From Mobula hypostoma (lineage: Eukaryota), in the NCBI RefSeq assembly GCF_963921235.1, contig NC_086097.1:90708001-90772000 (forward strand): a DNA stretch of 64,000 nt, read 5' to 3'. This document shows positions 48,871 to 60,446 of the stretch, one piece after another. The position numbers and the translations under genes were made by a program. The notes beneath the pieces were generated by a model that ran no database searches, was not told the DNA's origin, and worked only from the letters and a program-made list of their open reading frames with translations. Each line of letters begins with the position of its first letter. Position 1 is the first letter of the stretch.

Positions 48871-49799
48871 TGGAGAAAGCTTGATTGCCGGACATGATAT
48901 CTGTCAAAGGGCTGGTGCTGATGGATGCTGAGTTACAAAGAGCGATAGAGAAGTCATGGCACAATAAATGGCCATTTGGCACAACCTGTCTGGTGTTGGT
49001 GTCGTAACATAAGAGCAGAAAATCTTAAGAGTGGAGAGTCTTAACCTGTCCAGCCTTTTATGCTTACTTCTCACCCTCGCACTTTCACTATGCCATAGAC
49101 ATTTTATATGACTTTAAGACCATAATACATAAGAGCAAAATTAGGCCATTCAGCCCTTCGAATCTGTTCTGCCATTTCATTATGGTTGATCCCGAACCCC
49201 ATATACCTGCCCTCTCACCATATCCCTTGATGCACCAACCAATCAGGAATCAGGACCAACCATTATCATGATGGTTGGCATAAACATGATGGGCTGAAGG
49301 GCCTCTTGCCATGCTATACATCTCTCTGACATAATAACTATACACAGTATTCAAATGTTTAAACAAGGCTTAATAGGAAACATTTCTGCTTTTCAATTCT
49401 CTTCTTCCAAGAGCAAACAGTATTTGTGTTTTCAGACTTTATTCCCTGGTTAACTACAGCTGGCATTTTAACAATTTGTGAAGCTATGGAGTTCTTTGGT
49501 TTCTTGCTTCATTTCTCTTCTTATTTTCTGAGGATTACATGGTTCCCTCTTCTCCCCACCCCCACCCCTCAAACCGCAGGACAGCTATGAACAACAGATA
49601 AAAGATTTTCATCCTGGGCGAGGATCCAAGCCACGTCCTACTGATAATAGTGGATCTTGCTAGTCCACTGCAGTGCTTTGTGCTCGATCTCTATCCAACA
49701 GTTATAAGATCAAAAAGATGAAAAGAATTTAATTGATTTGGTTTTCAACTTGGAAGGGGCTAGAAATAAAGTCCAAAAAAGAATTATACTCTCTGTACA

Positions 49800-50632
49800 G
49801 ATAGAGTCATAGAAAAGTACAGTACAGGACCAGGCCTTTCGGCCCATCTAGTTAGTGCTGAACCATTTAAACTGCCTATTTCCATCAACCTGCACTGGGA
49901 CCACAACCCTTTATAGCTCTAACATCCATGTACCTATCCAAACTTCTCTTAAATGTTGAAATCGAGCTCTCATGCACCACTTGCACTGGCAGCTCGTTCC
50001 ACACTCACACAACCCTCTGAGTGAAGAAGTTTTTCCTCATGTTCCCTTAAACTTTTTACCTATTACCCTTAACCCATGACCTCTGGTTGTAGTCCCACCC
50101 AACCTCAGTGCGAAAAATCTCCTTTCAATCATCTACATTCCAAGGAATAAAGTCCTAACCTATTCAATCATTCCTTATAACTCAGGTCCTCCAGACCCAG
50201 CAACATCCTTGTAAGTTTTCTCTGTACTTTTTCAACCTTATTGACATCTTTCCTGTAGGTAGGTGACCAAAACTGCATGCAATATTCCAAATTAGGTCTT
50301 ACCAACTTCATCTGATACAACTTCAGCATAATATCCCATCTCCTGTACTCAATACATTGATTTATGAACGCCAATGTGCCAAAAGCTTTCTTTTCAACTG
50401 TATCTACCTGTGATGCTATTTTAAATTAATTATGGCCCTGTATTCCCAGACCCCTTTGTTCTACAGCACTCCTCAGTGTCTGTTGTTCACTGTGTAAAAC
50501 CTACCCTGGTTGGTCTGACCGAAGTGGAACACCTCCCACTTGTCTGCATTAAGTTCCATCTGCCATTTTTCAGCCCATTTTCCCAGCCAGTCCAGATAGT
50601 CTTTGATAGTCTTCCTCACTGTCCACTACAAA
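49800..50632 (-). mobile_element. CR1 ORF2 C-terminus and 3' UTR
   Basis: LVRPNLEYCMQFWSP..KVQRKLTRML.GLE.LSY; tail CTATGACTCTAT. Confidence 0.85.
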
Positions 50633-52689
50633 ATATCTTGGTCAGGGAAACAAAATCAGAACAGGTAACAATTTAAGGGGAAAAAATAAATAGGTGTGAA
50701 ATGTGTTGAATGGTGGAGCAGGCTTGACAGGCTTACTCCTCCTCTTTCTAATGTTCTTTTGTACCATGCCTTACCCTGGCCTTATGTGGATATGCCTGTT
50801 TCCCAGTGCTAAATTAAGAGGGGAAATTATGGCTTTAATCACTGAATTTTAAATTTAGAGACAACTTGCTCACTCCCTGTTGAATGGCAGAAAAGATTGA
50901 GAGCCTGAGTACTTTTCTCATTCACCATTCCAAAGTCCTTAATTGTTACCCATTGAAGGGTTTGTTTTACCAGATGGGGAAATATTATCTTCTCAGTTAG
51001 ATTGTCAAGAATTCAAATTCCTCTCCAGAAATACTATGCAAGCATAAAATTTGGGCTATCGCTTCATTTCAGTATTCAGGCACTCCTATATTGTTGGAGG
51101 TAGCAACCAGTGAACGAAACATTGCAATATTTCTGTGTGCCCTCTCAGGTGGTTGTAAGACATTCCATGTCTCAAGATCATGGAAAACCAAGCAATTCTC
51201 CCTGATACCTTGGTTGACATTTATCTGTCAATCAATTTTACTAAGAGCAGGTGATCTGATACCTCTCTAATTACAATTTCCTCTCCACATTTGACTGCTT
51301 TTTTTCATTGAACACTTAGTTGTAAAGAGTTTTAGGATGTCTGAGCTCATGAAAGATATTATCAGAGGTACACGTTGTTTCTTTTAGCTGCTGGTGCATT
51401 CTTTTCCTGTTCAATATAAAGGCGGGACCCAAATGATGGATGTTTTAGCCCACAGGACTGATGACTTCAACGGTTTGTAGTACCATAAATTCTTTGAAAA
51501 ATGATCAAGCCCTTGGATACAGATGAACTGATCAAAGAGGCAGCAGAGATTTGTGAAGGATAGCATGATTTCTATGTTCGTACTGTTCCTGCAGAGATTA
51601 TGAACATGATGGAGAGGAGATCACCTTTTTAATTTCATCTATTTGGGGCTCCAGAGGCATTTGATAGGATTCTGTAAAAGGGATTATTAAATTGAAAGCA
51701 TATGAAATTGGAGTTAACCCTGTGTGTTGTGTTGGTGGATGGTTGGAAGGTGGGGATGGAGGTAGATAGTTATAAGACAATGAAAGTACTCTGGAGTGAA
51801 GTGAAAAACATCTGATGCCCAGGAGTATACACTGGACCTTCAGGTTTTTAACCATTCTATATCAAGATACAGGGAATTTATATAAAAAAAATCCATCACC
51901 CAAAAAGCAGTGAGAATGTGGAAATCACTCTTATAGAGAGAGGTTGTAGTGATTAGCATAGGTATCTGAGGCAGAAGGGAGCAGAGTGGTGTGTCCCTGT
52001 GGAGAATATTCTCTGTAAACTGAATTTAGCTAAGTGGATTAGTGAGCAGTCATGTGACCAGTTGAGATCTGGCCAACACCAAGAGCAAATGATGGAGCAA
52101 ATCCATAGGAGGAAGAGCTTCAATTATTCCCGTCAGTGCCAGCATTTACAGGTCTTTTCTATGGGAAGAGATGGGAGGCGTAACTACATGTAGGCCTATC
52201 ATCTGGAAGCACTCGAACAACCCAACAGGGCCTCTGCTACTTGCTCATTTCTTGATACAGCATTCATAGAAAATCCCACAGAGCACAACAAATATCTTAT
52301 AGAGTGCTCTACACTGCCCTTACAGAGCTTTCACAGAGCCCCCACTGAGGCCCTACAGATATCCTCCCAGAGCCCCCACAAAAACCTCAGATCTGCTAGA
52401 GACCATCACAAATTCCCCAACAAACCCCATAAAACCATCTCCTTCAGAGACTCTAAAAATTCCCCTCAACCTTTGAGTTCCAGTGGACCTCCCTCCCCTT
52501 GAAATCCTGAAGAAATCTGTGCTCACAGTGAAAGGTTCTTCATTCTAACAGCAGCAGGTGTGGGAGGAATGGCTTGAACTTACGTACAGTATGGTGAATA
52601 CTTTTCATACTGTATTCTCCTGGTTGCCATTTACTTGACAGCAGCATGAGTCAGACAGCAGAGATCAGAGGGTCCAGGCAGCACAGCAG

Positions 52690-52985
52690 AAAGAATGAAG
52701 GATTTGGGAGCAATGCACAAGCTGAGTACAACGCAGGGCAACACCTAGGTACCATGCAGAATATGGGAATAATGTAGGACTTGGATGCAATTAAGGACTC
52801 AGGAACAATGCAGGACTTGGGAATAACACCCATCCTGGACACAATGCAGGATTCTGGAGCAATGCATGACTCGAGTACATTACAGGACTTAAAAACAATG
52901 CAGGGCCAAAGAACAATGTACGACTCAGGACAATACAGGAGTTGGGTATGATTTAGGTCTTATGAATACTACAGGACTCTGGAAC
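52690..52985. repeat. Degenerate 18-bp minisatellite (consensus about AATGCAGGACTCAGGAAC)
   Basis: AATGCAGGA/CAGGAC recurs with 18-bp periodicity, roughly 15 units. Confidence 0.75.
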
Positions 52986-53413
52986 AGAGCTCTCCCAAAC
53001 TGAGAGGTTCGGATGAATTCCAAGGTACACGGGAGAGGTGGGGGAGGACAGCAGTGACCAGACAGGACTCCACGCAGAAGGGCCATGAACTTCACTTATC
53101 AAGCTGTGGTGAAAAGATCCAGCCTGGAAGCTAACCAATGAAATTAACTGTGGAAATATGTATACAGGAATGACCTGAAAATCAGTGCCCAATGCCACCA
53201 AATCTGGGGGCTGGAACTCAGTGATTCTCCAAGTAATTTAAGAATAAATCCAGTCATCTACCAAATCCCGAATCAATCAGCTAGAGGAACCAGTCTTCCC
53301 TTGTTAGATTATGCTCAAAAGAACATTAGAAGAAATAACGGGCACCCAGTGGTGTGAGTCTCACAAACTCACCTGCCCCAACTTGTGAAGGAGCAAAGGA
53401 CAGTGATGTCCAG

Positions 53414-53684
53414 TAGACAATAGACAATAGACAATGGACAATAGGTGCAGGAGTAGGCCATTCGGCCCTTCGAGCCAGCACCACCATTCATTGTGATCAT
53501 GGGTGATCATCCACAATCAGTATCCAGTTCCTGCCTTATCCCCATAACCTATGACTCTGCTATCTTTAAGAGCTCTATCCATCTCTTTTTTGAAAGCATC
53601 CAGAGACTTGGTCTCCACAGCCTTCTGGGGCAGAGCACTCCGTATATCCACCACTCTCTGGGTGAAAAAGTTTTTCCTCAACTC
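53414..53684 (-). mobile_element. CR1 3' end, same subfamily as 33824-34858
   Basis: Near-identical to 33824-34070, including the (AGACAAT)n tail. Confidence 0.9.
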
Positions 53685-54509
53685 AGTAGCACAACTCAAC
53701 AGAAGTTAATCCACAAAATGCAGCCAAACTAACTAATGGAAAGTTTCCCTTATCTCACGGTCCTTGAAACATGTAAGTGAGGAAGTGATGCTCCAATTAC
53801 ACAGAGCATTGATCAGAATACCCCAGCGAGAGTTAAGGAGCTTAGTTCCCTGGCACTGGACCTTGTCATATTTTTCAGCATTAGACTGGGTCCATTTACA
53901 AATGCATCAGAATGAACATAGATCTGAAATGGTTAAATTGCCAAGAGAAGCTGCATTCACTCTGCTTGTATTACTATGCAGAAAATTAAGAAGCAATTTA
54001 AGTAAAATCTTACTTAATGGTAATACTTAAAGGCTTATTTAAGTGTTGATTGGAGAGGACTTTTTCCCACTAGTAGGACACCTAGTAGAGGGAACATAAT
54101 ATAATTAGAACTCAGTCATCTGCTGTGATATCACATGAAGTCCAGTGCAAATCTACCACTCCCCCTTTAAAACCATGCAGATTCTAAATCAATTTTAATC
54201 TCTAAGCCTGTAGCTGAAGGTTGTTTGATTTCAAATGAATGTATATGCAAGGCATTTGCTAAAAAGGGGTTGGGGAGCAGATTCAAAAGTAACTTTCAAA
54301 AAGCAAAATGGAAAAGCTCTTTAATCTAAAAATAATTTTGTTTGACCTCCCTATGACTGAATCGATACCAAGAACTTCTATGGCGAACTTGTACCTTGCA
54401 TACTTCCTAAAATACAATTTCTGGACATTGAATTTAACTTATCCTGTTTCAAGGCTCGACAAAATCCAGGAGGAAGCAGCCTGTCTGATTTATATCGCAA
54501 TCAGTGCCT

Positions 54510-55160
54510 TGAGTGTTTTGCGCCAAAACCCTTCGGCAGGACTGGAGAAAAGAGCTAGAGAGTAAATTTAAAAGGTGGGTGGAGGGGAGTGAGAAACACA
54601 AGGTGACAGGCGAAACCTGGAGGGGGAAGGATGAAATAAAGAGCTGAGAAGTTGATTGGTGAAAGATACAGAAGGCTATGGCCTCATCACGACAGTGGAG
54701 AAGGCCATGGATGGACATATCGGAATGGGAATGGGAAGTGGAATTAAAATGGGTGGATACTGAGAGATCCTGCTTTTTCTGGTGGATGGAGCATAGGTGC
54801 TCGGTGAAACAGTAGCCAAATCTATGTCAGGTCTCACTGATATACAGGAGGCCACACTGGGAGCACCAAACATAGTATCTGACCCCCACAGACTTACAGG
54901 TGAATTGTTGCCTCACCTGGAAGGACTGTTTAGCACCCTGAATGGTAGTGAGGGAGGAGGTCAAGGAGCAGGTATAGCACTTGTTCCGCTTGCAAGGATA
55001 AATGCCAGGAGGGAAATCGGTGGGGAGGGACAACTGGACAAGGGAGTCACATAGGGAGTGATCCCTGCAGAAAGCAGAAAGTGGGAGAGGAGGGAAAGAT
55101 GTGTTTAGTGATGGGATCCCGTTGCAGGTGGTGGAAGTTTCACAGAATTATATGCTGCAC
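54510..55160 (-). mobile_element. Penelope 3' part (GIY-YIG region, UTR, degenerate terminus)
   Basis: GIYPCKRNKCYTC..FQVRQQFTC..YYVWCSQCGLLYISET. Confidence 0.85.
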
Positions 55161-58029
55161 GTTGAGTGGCCACCCATTTTAATTCCACTTCCCATTCCCA
55201 TTCCGGTATGTCCATCTATGGCCTTCTCCACTGTCGTGATGAGGTCACATTTAGGTTGGGGGAAGAACTCCTTGTATTCCATTTAGTATGGACATTGATT
55301 TCTCAAACTTCCGCTTATTGCCCCCTCCCCACCCCTGCCCCCCTTCACCATTTCCCATCCTTTTCCTCTCTCTCACCTTATCTCCTTACCTATCCTTCGC
55401 CTCCCACTGGTGTTCCTTGTAAAGTATTGTGTGAGTATTCGTAGCGTCAGAGTGCGTATGATGTCAGGACGTAGAGAGGTAAAAAATGGAAGTCTGCTGA
55501 ATAAACGTGGTTGTTCAATCTACAGCGGTGTCCGAGTCACATCAATATTACATGGTGTCAGAAGAAATCGCAAAAAAAAGGAAGAGAAGACACGTAAAAG
55601 ATGTCACAGTTACAGCCACCGTCGAGTTTAAGCCTACAAGGTAATCTTGTTGAGAACTGGAAAATGTGGATCCAGAAGTTTGAGCTGTTTTGCACCGCTA
55701 CTGGCGTAGCTGAAAAGACGGAGAAGGTGCAATGTGCTACGTTTCTGCATATGGCGGAGGAAGAGGCAATAAAGGTTTGCATCACGTTTGTCTTCCAAGA
55801 TGATGAGCAAGATAAAAATGAAGAGTTGAAGAAAAAGTTTCAAGATTACTGCAAACCGAGAAAAAACCTACCGTACATCCGACACAAGTTTTTCACGAGG
55901 GCTCAAGGACCAATAGAGACCATAGACGCCTATGTAACAGATCTGAAGAACAAGGCATTAAAGACCGTGAGTTTGGACAACTGCATGACTCTTTAATACG
56001 TGACAGGATTGTATGCGGCATACGAGATGATCAAGTGAGAGGCAGGCTATTGAGAGAGGTGGATCTTACATTAGAAAAGGCGATTGATGTTTGCCGTGCC
56101 AGCGAGATCACGTCAAGTCAGGTTAAAGTGCTCAATGAAGGGATTGAAGTGCACAAAATAAAAACTGTGAAAATTGGCAAGAGTAGGACAAAGCCAGCTC
56201 CACAGGATGATCAAAAGGAAGTTAACTGCAACAGTTGTGGTTATAAACATGGATACAGAAAATGTCCAGCCTTTGGTCTGACATGCAAGTTATGCCAGAA
56301 AATAAATCACTTTACAAAGATGTGCAGATTGAAGGAGCACGCAAGGAAAATGCATGCTGTGGAACAGAGTGAGGGCAACAGTGACATGTTCATTGGCAAA
56401 GTTGAAGTGGAACAGGAGGGTTGCCTCAAGAATACTGACAATGCAGAGATGGAGGATGAAGATGATTGGACTCAAGATCTGATAATAAACAGGAGGAATG
56501 TGACATTTAAGCTTGACACTGGGGCAAAGGGCAATGTAATGTCAGCAGAAACATTCAACTCACTGGATATCAGAGGAAGACTAAAAAAATCCACTTGCAA
56601 ACCTGTCGCATATTTCGGCTACAAGACGGCGCCATTAGGCAAACAAGCACTCACCTGTGTGTGCAAAGGACAAAAACATAAGATAGAGTTTGAAATAGTA
56701 CAGCAACATGTTTCAGCAATACTGGGCAAAGCAACATGCACAAAGCTAGGCCTGGTGAAGCCAATCTATGGTGTTGAACAAGAAAATGACATTCTCAAAG
56801 ACTTTGATGACCTGTTTTCTGGATTAGGATGTTTACTAGGGAAACACCATATCCAGATTGATCCAACTATTGCACCAGTCGTGCATGCCCCGAGAAAGAT
56901 TCCAGTAGCTCTCAGGGATCAAGTAGCGGAGGAGCTATTCAAAATGGAACAGATGGGAGTCATAACAAGACAAATAGAACTGACCGACTGGGTGAATAGT
57001 ATGGTGACAGTGGTCACAGATAAAAAGACGAGGATTTGCATGGATCCACAAGATCTCAACCAAGCCATTAAAAGAGAGCACTATCCACTGCTCGTGGTTG
57101 AAGAGTTTGTCTCCCACATGCCTAATGCGAAATACTTTTCAGTATTAGACACAAATCAAGGTTTCTGGTAGATCAAGCTGGATGAAGAAAGTTCCAAATT
57201 ATGCACTTGCAACATGCCCTTAGGGAGATATCATTTCCTACGTCTACCTTTGGGATTTCTTCTGCATCAGAGGTATTCCAGAGATCCGTGGCACAAATGA
57301 TTGAAGGCCTGGACGGGGTGGTCAACATCATTGATGATGTGCTGATATGGTGTGACACAATTGAGGAACATGATCAGAGACTGAGGAAGCTCCTGGAGAG
57401 AGCACGTGAGTCCAACCTAAAACTGAACAAAAGTAAATGTAAGATCAGAACTACAGAGATCAAATATATAGGTCATGTACTGAGCGCTGATGGGCTAAAA
57501 CCAGATGATGAAAAGGTCAGAGCTGTGGTACAGCTACCACCACCCGAAGACAAGCAAGAACTATTGAGGTTCATGGGCATGATACAGTATCTTGCCAAAT
57601 TCACTCCCAACTTATCAGAGGTCGGTGCTCCACTCCGAAAGCTACTAGAGAGCAACACTGAATGGCATTGGGAAGACAAACAAAAGAAAAGTTTTGACAC
57701 ATTGAAGCAGTTGGTTACCAATGCACCAGCACTTAAGTTCTATAATGTCAATAAACTGGTGACGATATCTGTGGATGAGTCATAAAGCGGGGCGCTGAGA
57801 GTGGACCCAAGATGCAGGACACAGACACTGAAGTACTAGGAACGGGACAAGGATGCAGAACCTGGTCAAGAACATGAACAAGAAGCAGTGAAACTGGACA
57901 AGGAACCATGAACTAGGAGCCTGGGCTTGGACCCCGAGGCAGAGACTGGTCCAGGACCCAGAACCTGGGTCTTGCCTCGGGCTCGGGCCCCAGAACCAGG
58001 CAAGGACATGACATGACTGCAGGACTGGA

Positions 58030-58290
58030 GGCTGGGGTCTTGAGGCTTGAGCTTGGAGACAGGCTTGGGGTCTTGAGGCTTGAGCTTGGAGACTGGTTTG
58101 GGGTCTTGAGGCTTGAGCTTGGAGACAGGCTTGGGGTCTTGAGGCTTGAGGCTGGAGACAGGCTTGGGGTCTTGAGGCTTGAGGCTGGAGACAGGCTTGT
58201 GGTCTTGAGGCTGGCGTCTTGAGGCTTGAGGCTGGGGTCTTGGGTCTTGAGGCTTGAGCGTGGAGACAGGCTGGGGTCTTGAGGTTTGGG
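58030..58290. repeat. 33-bp tandem repeat inside the LTR
   Basis: GGGGTCTTGAGGCTTGAGCTTGGAGACAGGCTT, about 5 full plus partial units. Confidence 0.9.
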
Positions 58291-58711
58291 GCCGCTAACT
58301 CGGAGGCTGGAGCTCGGAGACAGACCGGGAACTGTACATCAACAGAGAGCCGGGACTTATCCTTCGAAAAGCCAGGACTCATCTTTAACACGACACTAGC
58401 ATGAGACTGGACAGTACATAGACATAGAGCCAGGTCTTATCCTTAGACAAGCTGGGACTCAACTTTATCTCTACACCAAGGTGGGACAGGTCCATCTGTC
58501 GAGTAATGGCAGAACGGCCGGACTTACTCAACAGAGGCAAAGACAAGACAAGACAGGTCCCCCTGCAGGGCAACAGCAGAACAGCCTGACTTACCCCCCA
58601 GAGGCGAGGACAAGACAAGGCAGATCCCCTCACAGGGCAACGGCAGAACGACCTGACTTACCCCATGGAGGTGAGGACAAGAAGAGACAAACACTGAAGA
58701 ATGACAGACAG

Positions 58712-60446
58712 GGGGGCGTCACATGATGACATGGGATTGAGACATGTAAATCCAGCTCTCCCGTAAAAAATCAGCAAAGTACTGTTTAAACAAAGTAAAG
58801 TTAATAAATACTTTCCGAAAACTACTTATAAACTTTGTAAGACTACTCTACGATATGCCTCGTAAACCACAACAGAAGAAGTCTGTTGTTATGAAGTCGC
58901 TGCAAGATGGGAAGAAAAAAGGGCCTACTGCAGCGATGGAGCCTCGGATTCAGGTTGGATCTCCTTCAGAGGAGACGCATTTTACCTCTGGCGTAGAAGA
59001 ACAGGGAGCAATGGCGGCGGTAGCGGTCTCTCGGAAGAAGATGCCGGAAATGTGCATGCCCAAAGAAGTACGCATGCGCAAATTGACACAAAGTAAACTA
59101 CAAGAACCGACGGCCACGGCAACTGAACGTGACTCAGAGTCAGAATCGGATTCAGCAGACAACACAGATGAAGAAGAGGAGGAAGAACTGGAAGAGACTG
59201 GAAATAAAGGAGACGACTCATAAGAGAGGCTTTATTGCAATTAACGGTTGAACTAAGAAAATTAAGAACAGAGCTTAGAGACGTGAAGATGTGCTATGAT
59301 AAAGCTATGAAAAGAGGACAAAATGGATAAGAAACTTCAGAAGATGGAAAGAACAATGGAGCATATTAACGATAGAGTGGAAAAAACAGAAATTGATGTG
59401 CTTGTCTGGAACACGGAAAGAAATCGACTCTTGGAGAAAGTGGACGTGTTGGAGAATTTTAGTAGACGAAATAATATTAAAATTGTTGATCTTAAAGAAG
59501 GTATAGAGGGAGATAATTCAATAGAATTTTTTCAAAGATGGATCCCGAAAACCTTGCAAATGAAAGAGGAGGGCCGATTAATTGAAATTGAGCGGGTACG
59601 TAGAGCTCTAAGACCAAAACCACAAGATGACCAATATCCACGATCAATTTTAATAAAATTCTTAAGATTTCAAGACAAAGAAAGGATTCTACAGGCGGCT
59701 GCCCAAGCTGCCAAGAAGAGAAAAGGGCCACTGGTGATAGAAGGGAAGAAAATTCTTTTCTACCCTGACATAAGTTATGAACTTTTGAAGAGAAGGAAAA
59801 AATTTAATCCAGTGAAAAAAGCCCTATGGGATCACAGTTATCAATTTATATTGCGTTATCCTGCAACCTTGAAGATTTTTTTGGCTGGTGGAAAAAAAAG
59901 ATTTTTTGACGATTACCGGAAAGTGGAGGAGTTTGTGCGAGATTCTTTGAATATTCACCAGATACAAGAACAAATCCAGGGGACCGAGATGGATTGAAGA
60001 TGAAGACTGGATCAAGGATTAGGTCTGTTGGATTTTTAGGGGGATGAATATATAAATATATTATTAATTATATGAGGGAGGAGAAGAAAGGTTAAAATTT
60101 GAGGAATACTAGCTGGGAATAATGACATTAATTTTTTTTATATATATATACAATTTTTTAGATTTTAAGAGATAAATATGAAACATTTTTGAATATTTGG
60201 AGCCCTTATTTACAGCTCCAATGATAAAGATCTTGGTTCCTTGGGGAAAGTAACAAATATATATTAAATTTATTTTTAATCCCATGGAGCATGTGCAAAC
60301 CTTCCAATATTCAGGCGGCTCTTTTTTTCTCTTCTTTTTTTCTTTTCTCTTCAGGTAGGAGTATATATCGGAGGGGGGAGGGGGAGGGTAGATATTATTT
60401 TCTCATGTATTCACTTTGAAAACTCAATAAAAATTATATTAAAAAA
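58712..60446 (+). mobile_element. L1-clade element with ORF1 only (HAL1-like)
   Basis: TSD AAGAATGACAGACAG at 58697-58711 and 60447-60461; G-run 5' start; AATAAA plus A-tail; ORF1 present, ORF2 nearly absent. Confidence 0.88.
58855..59997 (+). pseudogene. L1 ORF1p (acidic N-terminus, coiled coil, RRM, CTD), frame broken near 59220
   Basis: LENFSRRNNIKI, IEIERV.R, PRSILIKFLRFQDKERIL, GKKILFYPDIS, LRYPATLKI. Confidence 0.88.

Noticed and set aside
58030..58290. Regular repeat array (CRISPR-like?) and the 203-aa QASRPQACL repeat ORF
   Set aside because: Head-to-tail 33-bp units with no unique spacers, inside a eukaryotic LTR; the ORF is a by-product of the repeat.
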